Of a stretch of 64,000 nt of DNA, positions 24,366 through 36,929 are shown one piece after another. The translations under genes and the position numbers were made by a program. The notes below the pieces were generated by a model, which saw only the letters and a list, made by a program, of their open reading frames with translations, was not told where the DNA came from and did no database searches. The stretch's first letter is position 1; every line of letters starts with the position of its first letter. This DNA comes from Octopus sinensis (lineage: Eukaryota), in contig NC_042997.1 of the NCBI RefSeq assembly GCF_006345805.1, positions 61,070,001-61,134,000 on the forward strand. The letters run 5' to 3'.

Positions 24366-27142
24366 GGTACTGCTCATGTATCTAAGACTGCACTCCTGCA
24401 ATACATACACTCACACACATACACTGATTCTGGGTCACATCCCACCTCACAGAAAGTCATCTGGCTATCTTTTTTTATCACTCAGTCAGGAGAGAAGAGC
24501 AGTACCCAAGGCCTTTTGCAGGGCTCCTTAGACTAGTAAGAGCAGGGAGGAAGGCGTCCTAAAACCAGAGAATTTGCTCAAAGATATCCTCAAACTTCAG
24601 ACCTGAATCTTGCCATGTACTCCCTTGCTGTATACTCCCTTGGCATGTACTCTTTTTTGTATACTCCCGTGTCTGATGATGTTAGAAATCCAATGAACCA
24701 GTGATTAGCCACTCATTTGGAAACCTGTAACTTACAATGTTATCTTTCATATAATCATCATCATCATCATAAATAAAAAGCAAATATCCCAAGAGTTAGA
24801 GTGAACATTGCAAATTTCCATTGCTTTCATGATTAGTAACAGAATCAGACAATGAGGTAAACTAGTTCTCATAGTATTAATTAACTTCTCAATGATCCTG
24901 AATTAGTGAGTTGGTTTGTTTTTTTTATCTTTAAATGAAGGTGTATATTTGACTGTTCAACAATATAATATGACTGATTTTATTTATTTTGTAAACCACT
25001 CCACAAAGGAAACATGCTAAATCAACCATGATGGGATACAATCTTTGATGCTTTGATGTTATCAAGTCATTCACTCCACCACTGGGCCATTGTTTAATAT
25101 GAAAGTGAAATAAATGTTTAACTTGCTTACTGGACATCAAATGATCTATTAAGAAAATTATATGAGTATAGAAATGTTTTGTTTTGCATTGTTGTAGCTT
25201 TTTTTCTTCTTTTTTTTGTGCTTTTTTGCAATAAACAGAGCAGTGTTAATACTAACAAAATTACATGTAATAACAGCTATACAAGTATATGCATGTCTTT
25301 GATCATTCAATAAAGCAGCCAAAAATGGATTTGATAGAATCATTCTCAAAACTTTCCATAAGTGAGAACTGAAGATATTGATTGGATAATCTTAATATAG
25401 ATTTGTGTGATATCTAGAAATATAGATATTCCATAATGAACAAGTCTCTGACATTCAATACGCAACCTGATTAAATACACTGGCAATTGTTTGACTGACA
25501 ACAAAGGTATGTGGAGCTCATGCGAATTAGATTTATAGAATTATTAATGTTAGTGCTTTTATGAGATCTGAGACAAATGAAAATCTATCATTGGTCACAA
25601 TAATAACAATGATAGGGGCACTGGTAAATTATGATGATGATGAGATGATGGCGACAACAATGGCAGTGGTGATGACGATGACAACGACAGCAGAGTGTGT
25701 GAGGTAGGTGGTGATAGTGAGGATGTACATGATCCTAATGAATAACTATTATAAATGACTTCAGAAACATTTCAGTTTTAAAGACTTTAATGTTTTTGTG
25801 TTGTAAATATGTTATCCCTGTGTCATTCTGTTTAGAGAACACTGCTTTAACTGATAATATTCACAATATTCAATAGTGCGCTTAGCATATTAACTTATGT
25901 TATATCAGTTAGATATCAGCACTAATGAATGATCAATGAATTCATTATCTTGTGGTAGGAAAAGAAGAAAGTAAATGAAACCATTGCAAGTTTATGTTTT
26001 TTGTCTTTTTATTTTTTTAATATTTTGAAGAGAAGATGCCAGCAATGTCAATAGATCTTCCAAACTCTCTTAAATTCATGGAAAAAAAATATCTTAGCTT
26101 TTGATGTGCAATTTGAATTACTGCATACAGTAAGTTGCAGAAGATAAAAAAGAAATCCAGAGAACTTAGAGAGAATGGAAGTTCTTGAAATTGACAAGGA
26201 TGAAAAGAATAATTAGTTATGTAAAGTATTTGGATCTGCAGACACAATAGGACAGATGAGGAGAGAAGAAATCTATGGTTCAAAGAATAACTGGTAACAT
26301 TTGATAAGTTCATATGAATAGAGATAATGGTAGTGGAGACAAAGGGAGCATGGTTTTTGGTTCTGTTGTTGAACCTTGGATTAGCTCTGATTCAAGCAGA
26401 CCTTGTAATTACAGGTATCTAAACCATGACCACAATGTGTTTTTCAGATTATAGTCTAAGGAACACTGCATTATGCTATTACTCATCAAGTTTTTATTTT
26501 TAAGATGGTACAGTCTGATCTGAAGGATATTTGATTGTTATTCTTAGCAGTTTTTAGGAGCTCCAGTATTAGCCTGTGATTCTTAGTTATAAAAAAAACT
26601 GATAGCATCTTTCTTTTAATATAAATATATCAGCATCAACATATCATCCTTTAATGTAAATTTTCCATGCTGGCATTAGATGGACTTCACCAGTGCTCAA
26701 GTGGTACTTACTTTATCAATCCTGAAAGGCAAAGTCAACATAACTGGTATCACAACTCAGAACATATAAAGCCAGAAGAAATGCTGCAAAGCATTTTGTC
26801 CAATGCAGTAATGATTCTGCTGGTTCATAAATACATATACATAATGTACTGTTGTATTATTAGTGGGAATGGACTCAACTCTTGATTTTTCTTATTCTTT
26901 TTTCTTATTTCACTCTTCATTTGCCTTCCTTTTGTCCTTTTTGTGTCTTCTCAAAGACCAACATCCTTTCTCACTTTTAGCAATGTCAGACAGGTTGTAT
27001 AATTGAGTCTGTAAGATGGCTTGGATTTAAATACTGTGCGTATGTGTATCTGTGTGTGATATATATATATATATATATATATTTTAAAAATATAAATATA
27101 TGAAAGAATGGAGCTGAACGACGAATTAACAAAATTCCTTTG

Positions 27143-27225
27143 TTTTCAACATATGTTTCGAAGGCTGCATATTCCTAATTGCGAAGGAATAAGGAGTACA
27201 TTATGCCGCTTTCTCATCAGGAAAA
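27143..27225 (-). ncRNA. Mirror-image hammerhead ribozyme
   Basis: Reverse complement of 27373-27455, except that the cleavage triplet is GUU. Confidence 0.8.
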
Positions 27226-27372
27226 GCAAGGAACTTATGTCAACATCAAAATGCACAAAAAACTTTTAGATGATTACTCACACGGAGCCCATAGCGATAA
27301 TCGCTATGGGCTCCGTGTGAGCAATCATCTAAAAGTTTTTTGTGCATTTTGATGTTGACATAAGTTCCTTGC

Positions 27373-27455
27373 TTTTCCTGATGAGAAAGCGGCATAATGT
27401 ACTCCTTATTCCTTCGCAATTAGGAATATGCAGCCTTCGAAACATATGTCGAAAA
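27373..27455 (+). ncRNA. Intact type I minimal hammerhead ribozyme
   Basis: ttttc-CTGATGA-gaaagcggcata...tatgcagccttc-GAAA-catatg-TC-gaaaa. All core residues are present. Predicted GUC cleavage after 27450. Confidence 0.85.
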
Positions 27456-27657
27456 CAAAGGAATTTTGTTAATTCGTCGTTCAGCTCCATTCTTTCATAT
27501 ATTTATATTTTTAGAATAAACATACAAATTTCCACATGAAAGCACGTAATCTATGCCCTAGGCACGTAACTTCAACCATGTTTTTTCTTATGTGAATTTG
27601 CTACCCAGGTATCGGTTAATTCAAATTATCCTTAATAAGATAATTCATTCAACTACT

Positions 27658-27703
<46 letters not shown>

Positions 27704-28779
27704 TGCACACACATAAAGCAATGATGTTGAAAATGCACTTGGAATCTTTAAGAAGATTTACTTACATTAATTTAGCTAGTTTCACAAATTCATGATTTTC
27801 AAAATCAGTGTCACATAGAGTGATGTGAAGTTATGCCATAACTGTTTTAACTGTGACAGAAATTTTGGCTTATATTGTGATCAGTTAATGTACATTTTGG
27901 TTTGGTTGAAAATATACATGAAATTTGGTGTGTGTGTGTGTCTATGCACATATGTGAATGTGTTTAATATATTCCAGAACAACTACATAATTTTATTCAA
28001 TAGAATACAGTTGTTTAAGCTCAAAAAACAAGATAACACTGGGTATTGAGTGCTGCTGTGTATTTTTGTAGCACTGTCTGAGCTAAAAAATTTATTCAGA
28101 AAAGACCTTAAATATATATGTGTGCACACACATATATACATCCATACACCCGAATACATAGAACACATACACTAACAAACACACATACACACACATACTT
28201 ACATACATACATACATACATTCATACATACATACATACATACATACACACACAAATACTCAAGTATATGTATGCAAATAAATATATATATATATATATAA
28301 ATGGGCTTCATATCATTAGCATAATGAAAAATATCTTATACTTAATTCAAAGGTCTCTGAAATAAAAGTTTATGATTAAAACTGTTACGAACCAGATATA
28401 AATGGCTAGTCACACAAACATACACATATAGGCAAACATATATATAATCTTGCATTAACACACACACACACACACATACAGTCTTATATACATGCACATG
28501 TATACATACACACCCATACATACATACATACATACATTGGTTTATATATTCATTCTTAACATGTTCCCACAGACTTGGACATAAATATGCTTTTTACTTG
28601 ATTTTTATTGGTTTCTGCCTTCAGAGAACCATTTCTCACTTAAAACAGTTTGTGTTGACAATGAACACACACACTTCAGTGATACAGTTGAATGTTAGTA
28701 ACTCAATGTTTTGGTTCATTGTGCCTGTGAAAAGCATATTTATGTTTGAGTCTACTGGAACATCTCAAGAATGAATATA

Positions 28780-28910
28780 CTCTTTTACTTGTTTCAGTCA
28801 TTTGACTGCGGCCATGCTGGAGCACTGCTAAGTTACGGGGACGTAAACACCAACATCGGTTGTCAAGCGATGTTGGGGGGGGGGCCAAACACAGAAACAC
28901 ACACACATAC

Positions 28911-28941
<31 letters not shown>

Positions 28942-29110
28942 CATATATATCACAGGCTTCTTTCAGTTTCCGTCTACCAAATCCACTCACAAGGCTTTGG
29001 TCGGCCCGAGGCTATAGTAGAAGACACTTGCCCAAGGTGCTACACAGTGGGACTGAACACAGAACCATGTGGTTGGTAAGCAAGCTACTTACCACACAAC
29101 CACTCCTGCA
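28780..29110 (-). mobile_element. tRNA/CORE-like SINE
   Basis: Reverse complement of the family at 6787-7275. Confidence 0.85.
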
Positions 29111-29300
29111 CCTGATATATATAAAAATATACATATGATATTTATATATATATAGTTTACTGTTCTTTTAAGGTAAGATCAAGAAAAAGTACCACATCCA
29201 GTGAGAGAAAAATGTCATTTAATGTACACTGTAAAAAGATATATATCATATATATAAATATATCATATATATGTATATCATTTATATGTATATATATATA

Positions 29301-29610
29301 TAATAAATCTCAGAGCGAGTTATAAACAGTAGCTACAACACATCGTGACGTATATTTGCCATTTAAATATGGCTAATCCCTAAGGGTGGATGCTACTGTA
29401 GTTTGTAGCCCCAGGAGGACACCTCCTCCAGCTGGCTATAGACACACTTTCTGTGCCCTATCAGTATTTGCAAAGGGAAGCCACCCTTCCCGTCTTCAAT
29501 GGCACAGAAAGTGTGTCTATAGCCAGCTGGAGGAGGTGTCCTCCTGGGGCTACAAACTACAGTAGCATCCACCCTTAGGGGTTAGCCATATTTAAATGGC
29601 AAATATACGT
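29301..29610. repeat. Fold-back insert in (TA)n: 110-bp arms, 43-bp spacer, short unique extension
   Basis: Arms 29348-29457 / 29501-29610 with 1 mismatch seen. Confidence 0.9.
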
Positions 29611-29708
29611 ATATATATAGTTATGCGTATATATATATATATATATAGTTATGCATATATATATATATATAGTTATGCATTGTGGCTGCGTAGTAAGAAG
29701 CTTGCTTC

Positions 29709-31588
29709 TGGTTCCGGTTGTTAGTTGTTCTTCACTCACCACGCTGGTGTTCAGCTCCTTGAGTCCAGTAAGATTTGTTGCTTGTAGGTTTTATTTTTTT
29801 GTACTACCAAGGAATCCTTACTGGATTCTGAGCTTTTTGTCTGCCTTGCGGTGGAGATGTGAGTGTTTTCTCACATAATTGTGAGAAATTGTGTTTTCCT
29901 TGTGGATTATTGGCCAGGAGTACCTTTTCGGCCGAAAATTAATTTCTTTGCCAGGATTTGAACTCTTTTCACAGCTATCATTTATTTTGAAAAAAAAAGA
30001 ACTTTTATTGAACTGTTAGTTTTATTTTTTCTTCCCTTCTGTTGTGTCTTTCCTTCTTTTTTTTGTGTCTTTCTTTATTTTACACTTTGAACTATATTTG
30101 AACTTTTTTAAAAGGCAAAGGAATTACTTGTGTGGCATTTAACGCCTCCCAAAAAATGGATGAAAGAGCTCGAAAGGAAGACGGTGGTGTTGAGGACTTA
30201 TTCAAAGTCACTTGACACCATAACCATCTTCCCGAAGGCCACAATTTTGGAGGAGCTGGCAGAGTATATGCCAGCTATTAAATTCATTTCACGGGGAGTC
30301 AAGTATGCAACGGTTTGGTTGCTATTTGACTCCCCCCAAGAAGCTTGCGATTTTGCAAGTCGGCCCCTCGAGGGCAAGGAAATCATGTTCCTTCCCAGCT
30401 ATTGTGGGAAGAGGTTATTGAGGGCTTGGGTCTGCGGTTTACCACCCGGAATTGAGCCCAAGTGGTTAGAGGACTCTATCCGCCGGGGTCTGGGTGGTAG
30501 CAGTACCAAGCTGCTTAATGTGAAAATCTTGCCTGCGATTGATTGGGAGGGGTCAAAAGCTGTTCTGACCCTATGGACCCAATCAGCCGAAAGTCTGGTC
30601 TTTCCAGATTTTTTGAGGATGGCCGGGTCTAGGTATCTGGTGATGCTCGAGGGATGCCCCCCCCCCCCCAAGTGTCACCTGTACCTGGAGACCGGCCACA
30701 TTAAGAAAAACTGCCCCAAGGACCAAAATAGGATCCTGGAGCAGTTAATAGTGGAATCTCTCCCTGCTCCCTCAATGGAGGGAGAGAAGGAAGAGGATGA
30801 CAAGGAGGTTTCCACATCCTCGAAAAAACGAAAACGAAAGGTGGGGAACAATGGTTGCCCACCGAAGGACCCGAGAGCTGCGGGAGAAAAGAAGGATCTG
30901 CTGCATGCATCACAGGAACCTCACCCTCCCACGACCCAAGGGAAAAAGAAAAGAAAGAAGAAAAATGGGACATTGCTGGCGGGTGTGCCGCTGGAGGATG
31001 AATTTGTGGTCTTCTTCTACAAAGGAGGAACCGTAGAAAATCAAATCAGGAAAATAGAAAGGAGGGGCTTCTGTCCTGCACAGAGGACCCTGAGTGGCCT
31101 TCGCAGGTGGCTGCATAGGACCTATGGGATAGTGATCTGTGCAGGATCATGAATTCCTTCCCGGAGGACTCCTACAGATTTATGTCTGTGTGGTTCGGCC
31201 TGGAACCGAGTACATGCTTCAATGAAGCAAGGAGTCTGGTCGGCCAGATAACTTAAACTTTTGGACTCAAAAAAGAGTCTACTAAATGTGAAATATGTGA
31301 CTTTTTGTGTAATGTACGAGGTTTATAGTCTCATTGTGTTTTAAAAAAGAAAAAAAAAGAAAGAATTCTGAACATTGTGTTTTTTATGTAAGAGGTTTAT
31401 TGCCTCATTGTGTTTTCGGGAAAAAGGAAAAAAGAACATTGTTTTAGAGAAGCGAAAGTCGGCGGGTGCTTTTCGTCTTCTCCCATCATCATCATTTTTG
31501 CATCATTATCATTCATTCCATTAATGTCCGTGTCCAGCCCGCAAAGCTTCTATCTGTGTGATGCCCTTGTGGCAAATTAAATGAAATA
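29709..31588 (+). mobile_element. ORF1-only (HAL1-like) Tx1/L1-clade non-LTR retrotransposon
   Basis: 14-bp TSD aagaagcttgcttc at 29695-29708 and 31589-31602. T-rich 5' UTR, single gag-like ORF, 3' UTR with a duplicated segment, A-rich end. No EN/RT coding. Confidence 0.8.
30160..31152 (+). CDS. L1/Tx1-type ORF1 (gag-like, zinc knuckle)
   Basis: First in-frame ATG at 30160. Contains CHLYLETGHIKKNCP (CCHC knuckle with the second C changed to Y), then basic KKRKRK tracts. A probable late frameshift, since another frame stays open to about 31256. Confidence 0.75.
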   Translation: MKELERKTVVLRTYSKSLDTITIFPKATILEELAEYMPAIKFISRGVKYATVWLLFDSPQEACDFASRPLEGKEIMFLPSYCGKRLLRAWVCGLPPGIEPKWLEDSIRRGLGGSSTKLLNVKILPAIDWEGSKAVLTLWTQSAESLVFPDFLRMAGSRYLVMLEGCPPPPKCHLYLETGHIKKNCPKDQNRILEQLIVESLPAPSMEGEKEEDDKEVSTSSKKRKRKVGNNGCPPKDPRAAGEKKDLLHASQEPHPPTTQGKKKRKKKNGTLLAGVPLEDEFVVFFYKGGTVENQIRKIERRGFCPAQRTLSGLRRWLHRTYGIVICAGS

Positions 31589-31912
31589 AAGAAGCTTGCT
31601 TCCCAACCACATGGTTCCATGTTCAGTCCTACTGCGTGGCACCTTGGGCAAGTGTCTTCTACTATAGCCTCGAGCTGACCAAAGACTTGTGAGTGGATTC
31701 GGTAGATGGAAGCTGAAAGAAGCCCGTCGAATATATACATATGTGTGTTTGTCCCCAATGTTGTTGTGTTTACAACCCTGTAACTTAGCGGTTCAGTGAA
31801 AGAGACAGAAAGAATAAGTACTAGGCTTGCAAAGAATAAGTCCTGGGGTCGATTTGCTCGACTAAAAGCGGTGCTCCAGCATGGCTGCAGTCAAATGACT
31901 GAAACAAGTAAA
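31589..31912 (+). mobile_element. tRNA/CORE-like SINE body (head at 29681-29708, split by the Tx1-like insertion); 3' part duplicated at 32279-32506
   Basis: tgtggctgcgtagtaagaagcttgcttc|ccaaccacatggttcc reconstitutes the family head. Confidence 0.85.
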
Positions 31913-32283
31913 ATAGTATATTCATTCTTGAGATGTTCCAGTAGACTCAAACATAAATATGCTTTTCACAGGCACAATGAACCAAAACATTGAGTTACTA
32001 ACATTCAACTGTATCACTGAAGTGTGTGTGTTCATTGTCAACACAAACTGTTTTAAGTGAGAAATGGTTCTCTGAAGGCAGAAACCAATAAAAATCAAGT
32101 AAAAAGCATATTTATGTCCAAGTCTGTGGGAACATGTTAAGAATGAATATATAAACCATTGTATGTATGTATGTATGTAGATATGTATGTGTGTGTATGT
32201 ATACATGTGCATGTATATAAGACTGTATGTGTGTGTGTTAATGCAAGATTATATATATGTTTGCCTATATGTGTATGTTTGTG
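31870..32283 (-). repeat. Inverted copy of 28413-28828
   Basis: Near-identical reverse complement that includes non-repeat sequence (e.g. ttcttgagatgttccagtagactcaaacat). Confidence 0.9.
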
Positions 32284-35200
32284 AGTGGATTCGGTTGACG
32301 GAAGATGAAAAAAGCCCGTCGAATATATACATATGTGTGTTTGTTCCCAATGTTGTTGCGTTTACATCCCTGTAACTTAGCGGTTCAGTGAAAGAGACAG
32401 AAAGAATAAGTACTAGGCTTACAAAAAATAAGTCCTGGGGTTGATTTGTTCAACTAAGGTAGTGCTCCAGCATGGGTGCTGTCAAATGACTGAAATAAGT
32501 AAAAGAATATATATATATATGTAGTTATGCATATATATATATGTGTGTGTGTGTTTGTACACATGTATGTATATATGTGTGTGTGTATATATATATGTGT
32601 GTGTGTCTGTATAATTAAGTAATGTCTAAGGGTATGATTAGGTATATATATGTGCATGTATAACTATGTGATGTATGTATGTATGTATGTATATATATAA
32701 TATATATATATATATATTATTTATACACACACAAACATACACACACACACACACACATATATATGTATATATATGAAGACTTTTTACATGGAAGTGCTAA
32801 TATATACACATGCATACATGTACACACACACACACACGCTCACTCACACGCATATTTGTTTTTATCTTTTTATACTAGCCACAACGTATGTCCATGTAGG
32901 AAGTGCAGTGTTCTGTTAGGGAAAAAAATACCATTACAGGTGAAAGTTGTTAATTCATTTAAGTAGTTTTATATAGTTCTGTTGCTGTGAGTTATTTCGT
33001 TAAATACCTGGCAATGAATTGCAAAATAAGATGTAGCTTATATTGATCTTTTAATTTGTAACGTTCTTGCAAGCTATACTAGTAACCTAATTATTCTCAT
33101 ATAAATTAACAATACTAGTAGCCATTACTCAATTAACAACACTGTTATTCACTGCGACATTAGCAGCACATTAATTTTGGCTACATTTAAATATTTCATT
33201 CAGGTACTGCTTATATGTCTTGGACCATACTGCTGCTACACACACATGCATGCACCCCACCACACACAGACTCATACACATACACACACCACACATACAT
33301 ATACATGTGCACACATGCACACACATAACATACACACATGCACATACACATACAAACATACACTTGCATACACACACACACACAAACGTTCTGGATCACA
33401 TGCCTTGCTTCCAAAGTATCAACTGGCTTTTTCTTCTTATCATTTCATATCAATAATTTTTTATAGAACCACCAAGACTTGTGGTGGGGAGGAAGGAGCA
33501 AAGAAATATCCTTAAAACCACTGAATACTTGCAACAAAACGAACTTCTACTAAATATATCCAAAGACCAAGTTGTGCTGTTAAACCAGATGATGGATTAT
33601 GTAGGTCAGGGTCAGGCATGGGCAACCTTTCTTGAGAAGCAGGTTGAATAAAATACGACTCATCATCAGGTGAGTTGCACTTCTGAAAATAATTTGGGTT
33701 GGATTGCCCATGTTCTGTCTATTGCAAGATGAGGGCCTCAGCATGTTATCTCCACTAACCAGTTGGATGTGTAAGCTGTGCATTTGAGCTTGAGTCTACT
33801 TTGCCACACTGGCTTGATATGGCTTGGCAGAGGGATGCGGTTTTTATACTCATACTCAGGAGCAGTTAAGTGAATTAGATTGACACCAGAGTTGAACTGG
33901 AGCATTTTATTGAAAGGATGAAAAGCAAAGTCGACCTTGGTGGAATTTGAACTCAGAATGTAAGGATGGATGAAATACTGCTAAGCATTTCATCCAGTGT
34001 GCTAATGATTCTACCAGCTTTCTGCCATAAAAAAAATTTTAATGAACATTATTTTCTTTGAGAAATTTTGGTATGTCATTCAGGAAGTCCTGTGGGCTGC
34101 AATTTGCCCATGATTGATGAAGGTTATGACAGGGTTTGAACCAGCTAAGGGCTGGAACAAATACCACAAAGGCATTATATCTGACGCTCTAATATTTCTA
34201 CTAGTCATCCATCCTAGACAGGTACTTCATCAATGCTAGAAGGATGAAAGTTAAAGTTGGCCTCTGTAGGATTTTAATTCAGAACATAGTTGGCTGATTG
34301 GTGAAGAATCACCTACCATCACATTAGTCCATAATCATGTTGTCTTTTCTATTACTACTGTAATGGTCCTTGATATTATGAATACATAAATTGCTCACTA
34401 CACTGAACCCATCCATTTCTCCTTCTTCATGCATGCATCCCTCCACCTCCAAACCCAGTCAAAAAATTGCATTTCCTAATCAATCCTCCTGAGAGTTGGG
34501 GCTCTCAAGATTCCTCTCCTTATCTAGATTTTTACTTTAGTATGTTAACTACAAAAATTCATTCTGAAAAAATCAACTGCATTGATATTCTCAGTCACGA
34601 AGGATCTTTGTAAGTTATGGATTCTTGTTCTCCTCTGACTAAAATAATAAGGATAATAATAATAATGGTTTCAAATTTTGGTATGAAGCCAGCAAATTTA
34701 GGGGGAATTAATCAATTACATCAACCCCTCCCATCAGTGCTCTACTGGAACTTGTCTTATCAGCCCAAAAAGAATCTGCTAAGAATAGCAGCTAAATCTC
34801 TCTCAAATATCAATCATCATCTTAAAAAGACACATTGGGCTGTACTGTCCTGAATGTTTGAAATAAAAAAGATGGGCTAGTTATGACTGAAATGCCTTTG
34901 ATCATAGGGCAAACCTGGGCTAAAAATCATTGATTGTTCTTAGTTTCTTTTTAAAATGAATAGTCACTGCTGTGTTAGCAACAATAATAATTAGAGCTCT
35001 GATAGGACAGTGGAGTTGGTGAAATGAAAGAATAAATTAAATACTATATAGAATTTAGTTTTACTTATTTACATTCTGAGCAAAAAATATGCTGCTCTGG
35101 GACTGATAAAAAAATCAGGAACTAAATACAAGAATTAATTAGAGACTACACTCAGTTCCAGAATTTATGATTTTATTCTGCTGTTAGAAATCATTATTCA

Positions 35201-36929
35201 CAGATGACTTTTGTTACCTGCACTAATTATATACAATATTAGCATCATTGCTGTTAACAGTCATGTTAATAACATCAGTAGTCTCATCCACATCATTTTA
35301 AAGAACTCTTGTTTGTCAATTATGATGTGAATTGTGCTCTTCTCCAACTTAATTTTTAAAGATAACTACAGATGTGAATACTTAGATCTATTTCAGGCAA
35401 AAGCTATTTTAGTTAAGATGCCTGCAATTTAACACAGCAACTTGTTGTTGTTGCTGGTGGTTATGGTAGTGATCATGATGGTAACGATGCTAATGATGAT
35501 GTTGATGTTGATGATGATGTTTAGCCCCAGGTTAAGTTTGACTAAGCAGAATTTATATTGTTAGCCATTCCAAATGTGTCCATTCTATCTTTAAAAATCA
35601 TGTATTAAGACTGCAGACTGCGATATGAGGAGGGTTTGGCTGACTATTTCCAGAAGGTCAAATAATGCATAAAAGCAGCTTCATTGTCTCATGACAGGAA
35701 GTAATTTTGATTTCTAGTTGTTATTTCTTAGCACTTACATTGCTCATAATCTTTAACAGCACAAACACTGCAATTACTTTCTTGCAAGTTTTAGAGTTAG
35801 TAGCACTAATCACACATTGACAAATAAAACGAATGCTTTTTTCACAATTATGTATGAACTCTTCTGGCAACCTCACAAACATAACATAAACAAAAAACTG
35901 CTTCTGAGCATTAACCTTCCTCTTCAGGGCCTGAAAATACTCAACATGAAAAGTCAGCAATTATTGCTCATTTAAAAATGAGGTTCCTTGAGATATTTGT
36001 TCTGTATCAAGTTATAGACATTCTCTTGTCACTTTTTCTATCATAAATTCAGTGAACTAATGATTGCAAAGCTGAAATGAGACTCACAATGAAGTACTGG
36101 TCCCATGTTGAGAACAGAGCTTCTGTTACATACTGAAGCATCCTAAGCTGCATCCAAAATGCTGATTGGTAAAGAATCACTCAGAAACCCACTTATAACC
36201 TTATAGCCCCCATCAGTGCTACATTAAACATTAAGCAAAATAAGCATGGGCTTAGAGCATCAAGGGATGTGAGGAGAGGGGGCACCATAGAAATGGTAAA
36301 TAGTTTATGGAACAAAAGAAATCACTTAAAATTTGCTAAAATTATATTTGAAATGGTTTATGTAATTGGAAATATAATTTTGAAGTATTCATGGTGTCAT
36401 AGTGAAGATTAGATCAAAGATTTTGCAATGAAAAATAGTAGAGAACTTTTCAAATATAAAGAAGGCGGAAGTAAACAAAAATAAACATTATTTTCCATGT
36501 TATTGTTAGTTATGTTTCATTTTAAAAATAAAAATTTATTTTATGGTTTATTATTGTATATATATTGAATTACATATATAAGGGGACATCAAACTTTTTA
36601 AGTGCTTAAGGCCCTGCCCTCAGACATGCAGTATGCTCACTCTCTTTTTTTTTATATATATATTGAAATTACAACCTCTACTCAAAGCTAGCTATTGGCA
36701 GCTACCTCTATTCAAAGACACCCAATACATCTCTTCTCATCTCCTGTACTGAATCTTTCCCCTTCCCATATACCTACTTAGCTCATTCTGGCCATCTGAA
36801 TCAACATCCAAAAACAAAGCTGTTTGGTCAGTCCTCACTTAGCAACCTACTAAAACCTATAACCATCAGACACCCTGTATCATCATCTTACTTTTTTGGG
36901 GTTTTTTTGCTTCTTTTTACTTCTTTCAG

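Larger units (their letters stand above)
27085..27660. mobile_element. Near-perfect 429-bp palindrome plus about 145-bp unique tail, between (TA)n tracts
   Basis: Arms 27085-27298 / 27300-27513 with a single-base centre at 27299 and 2 mismatches seen. Hammerheads on both arms. Confidence 0.9.

Noticed and set aside
29430-29470. ctgatag...gaaagtgtgtc as a hammerhead; acctcctcc nearby as an HDV-like core
   Set aside because: The core and stems do not fit either consensus.
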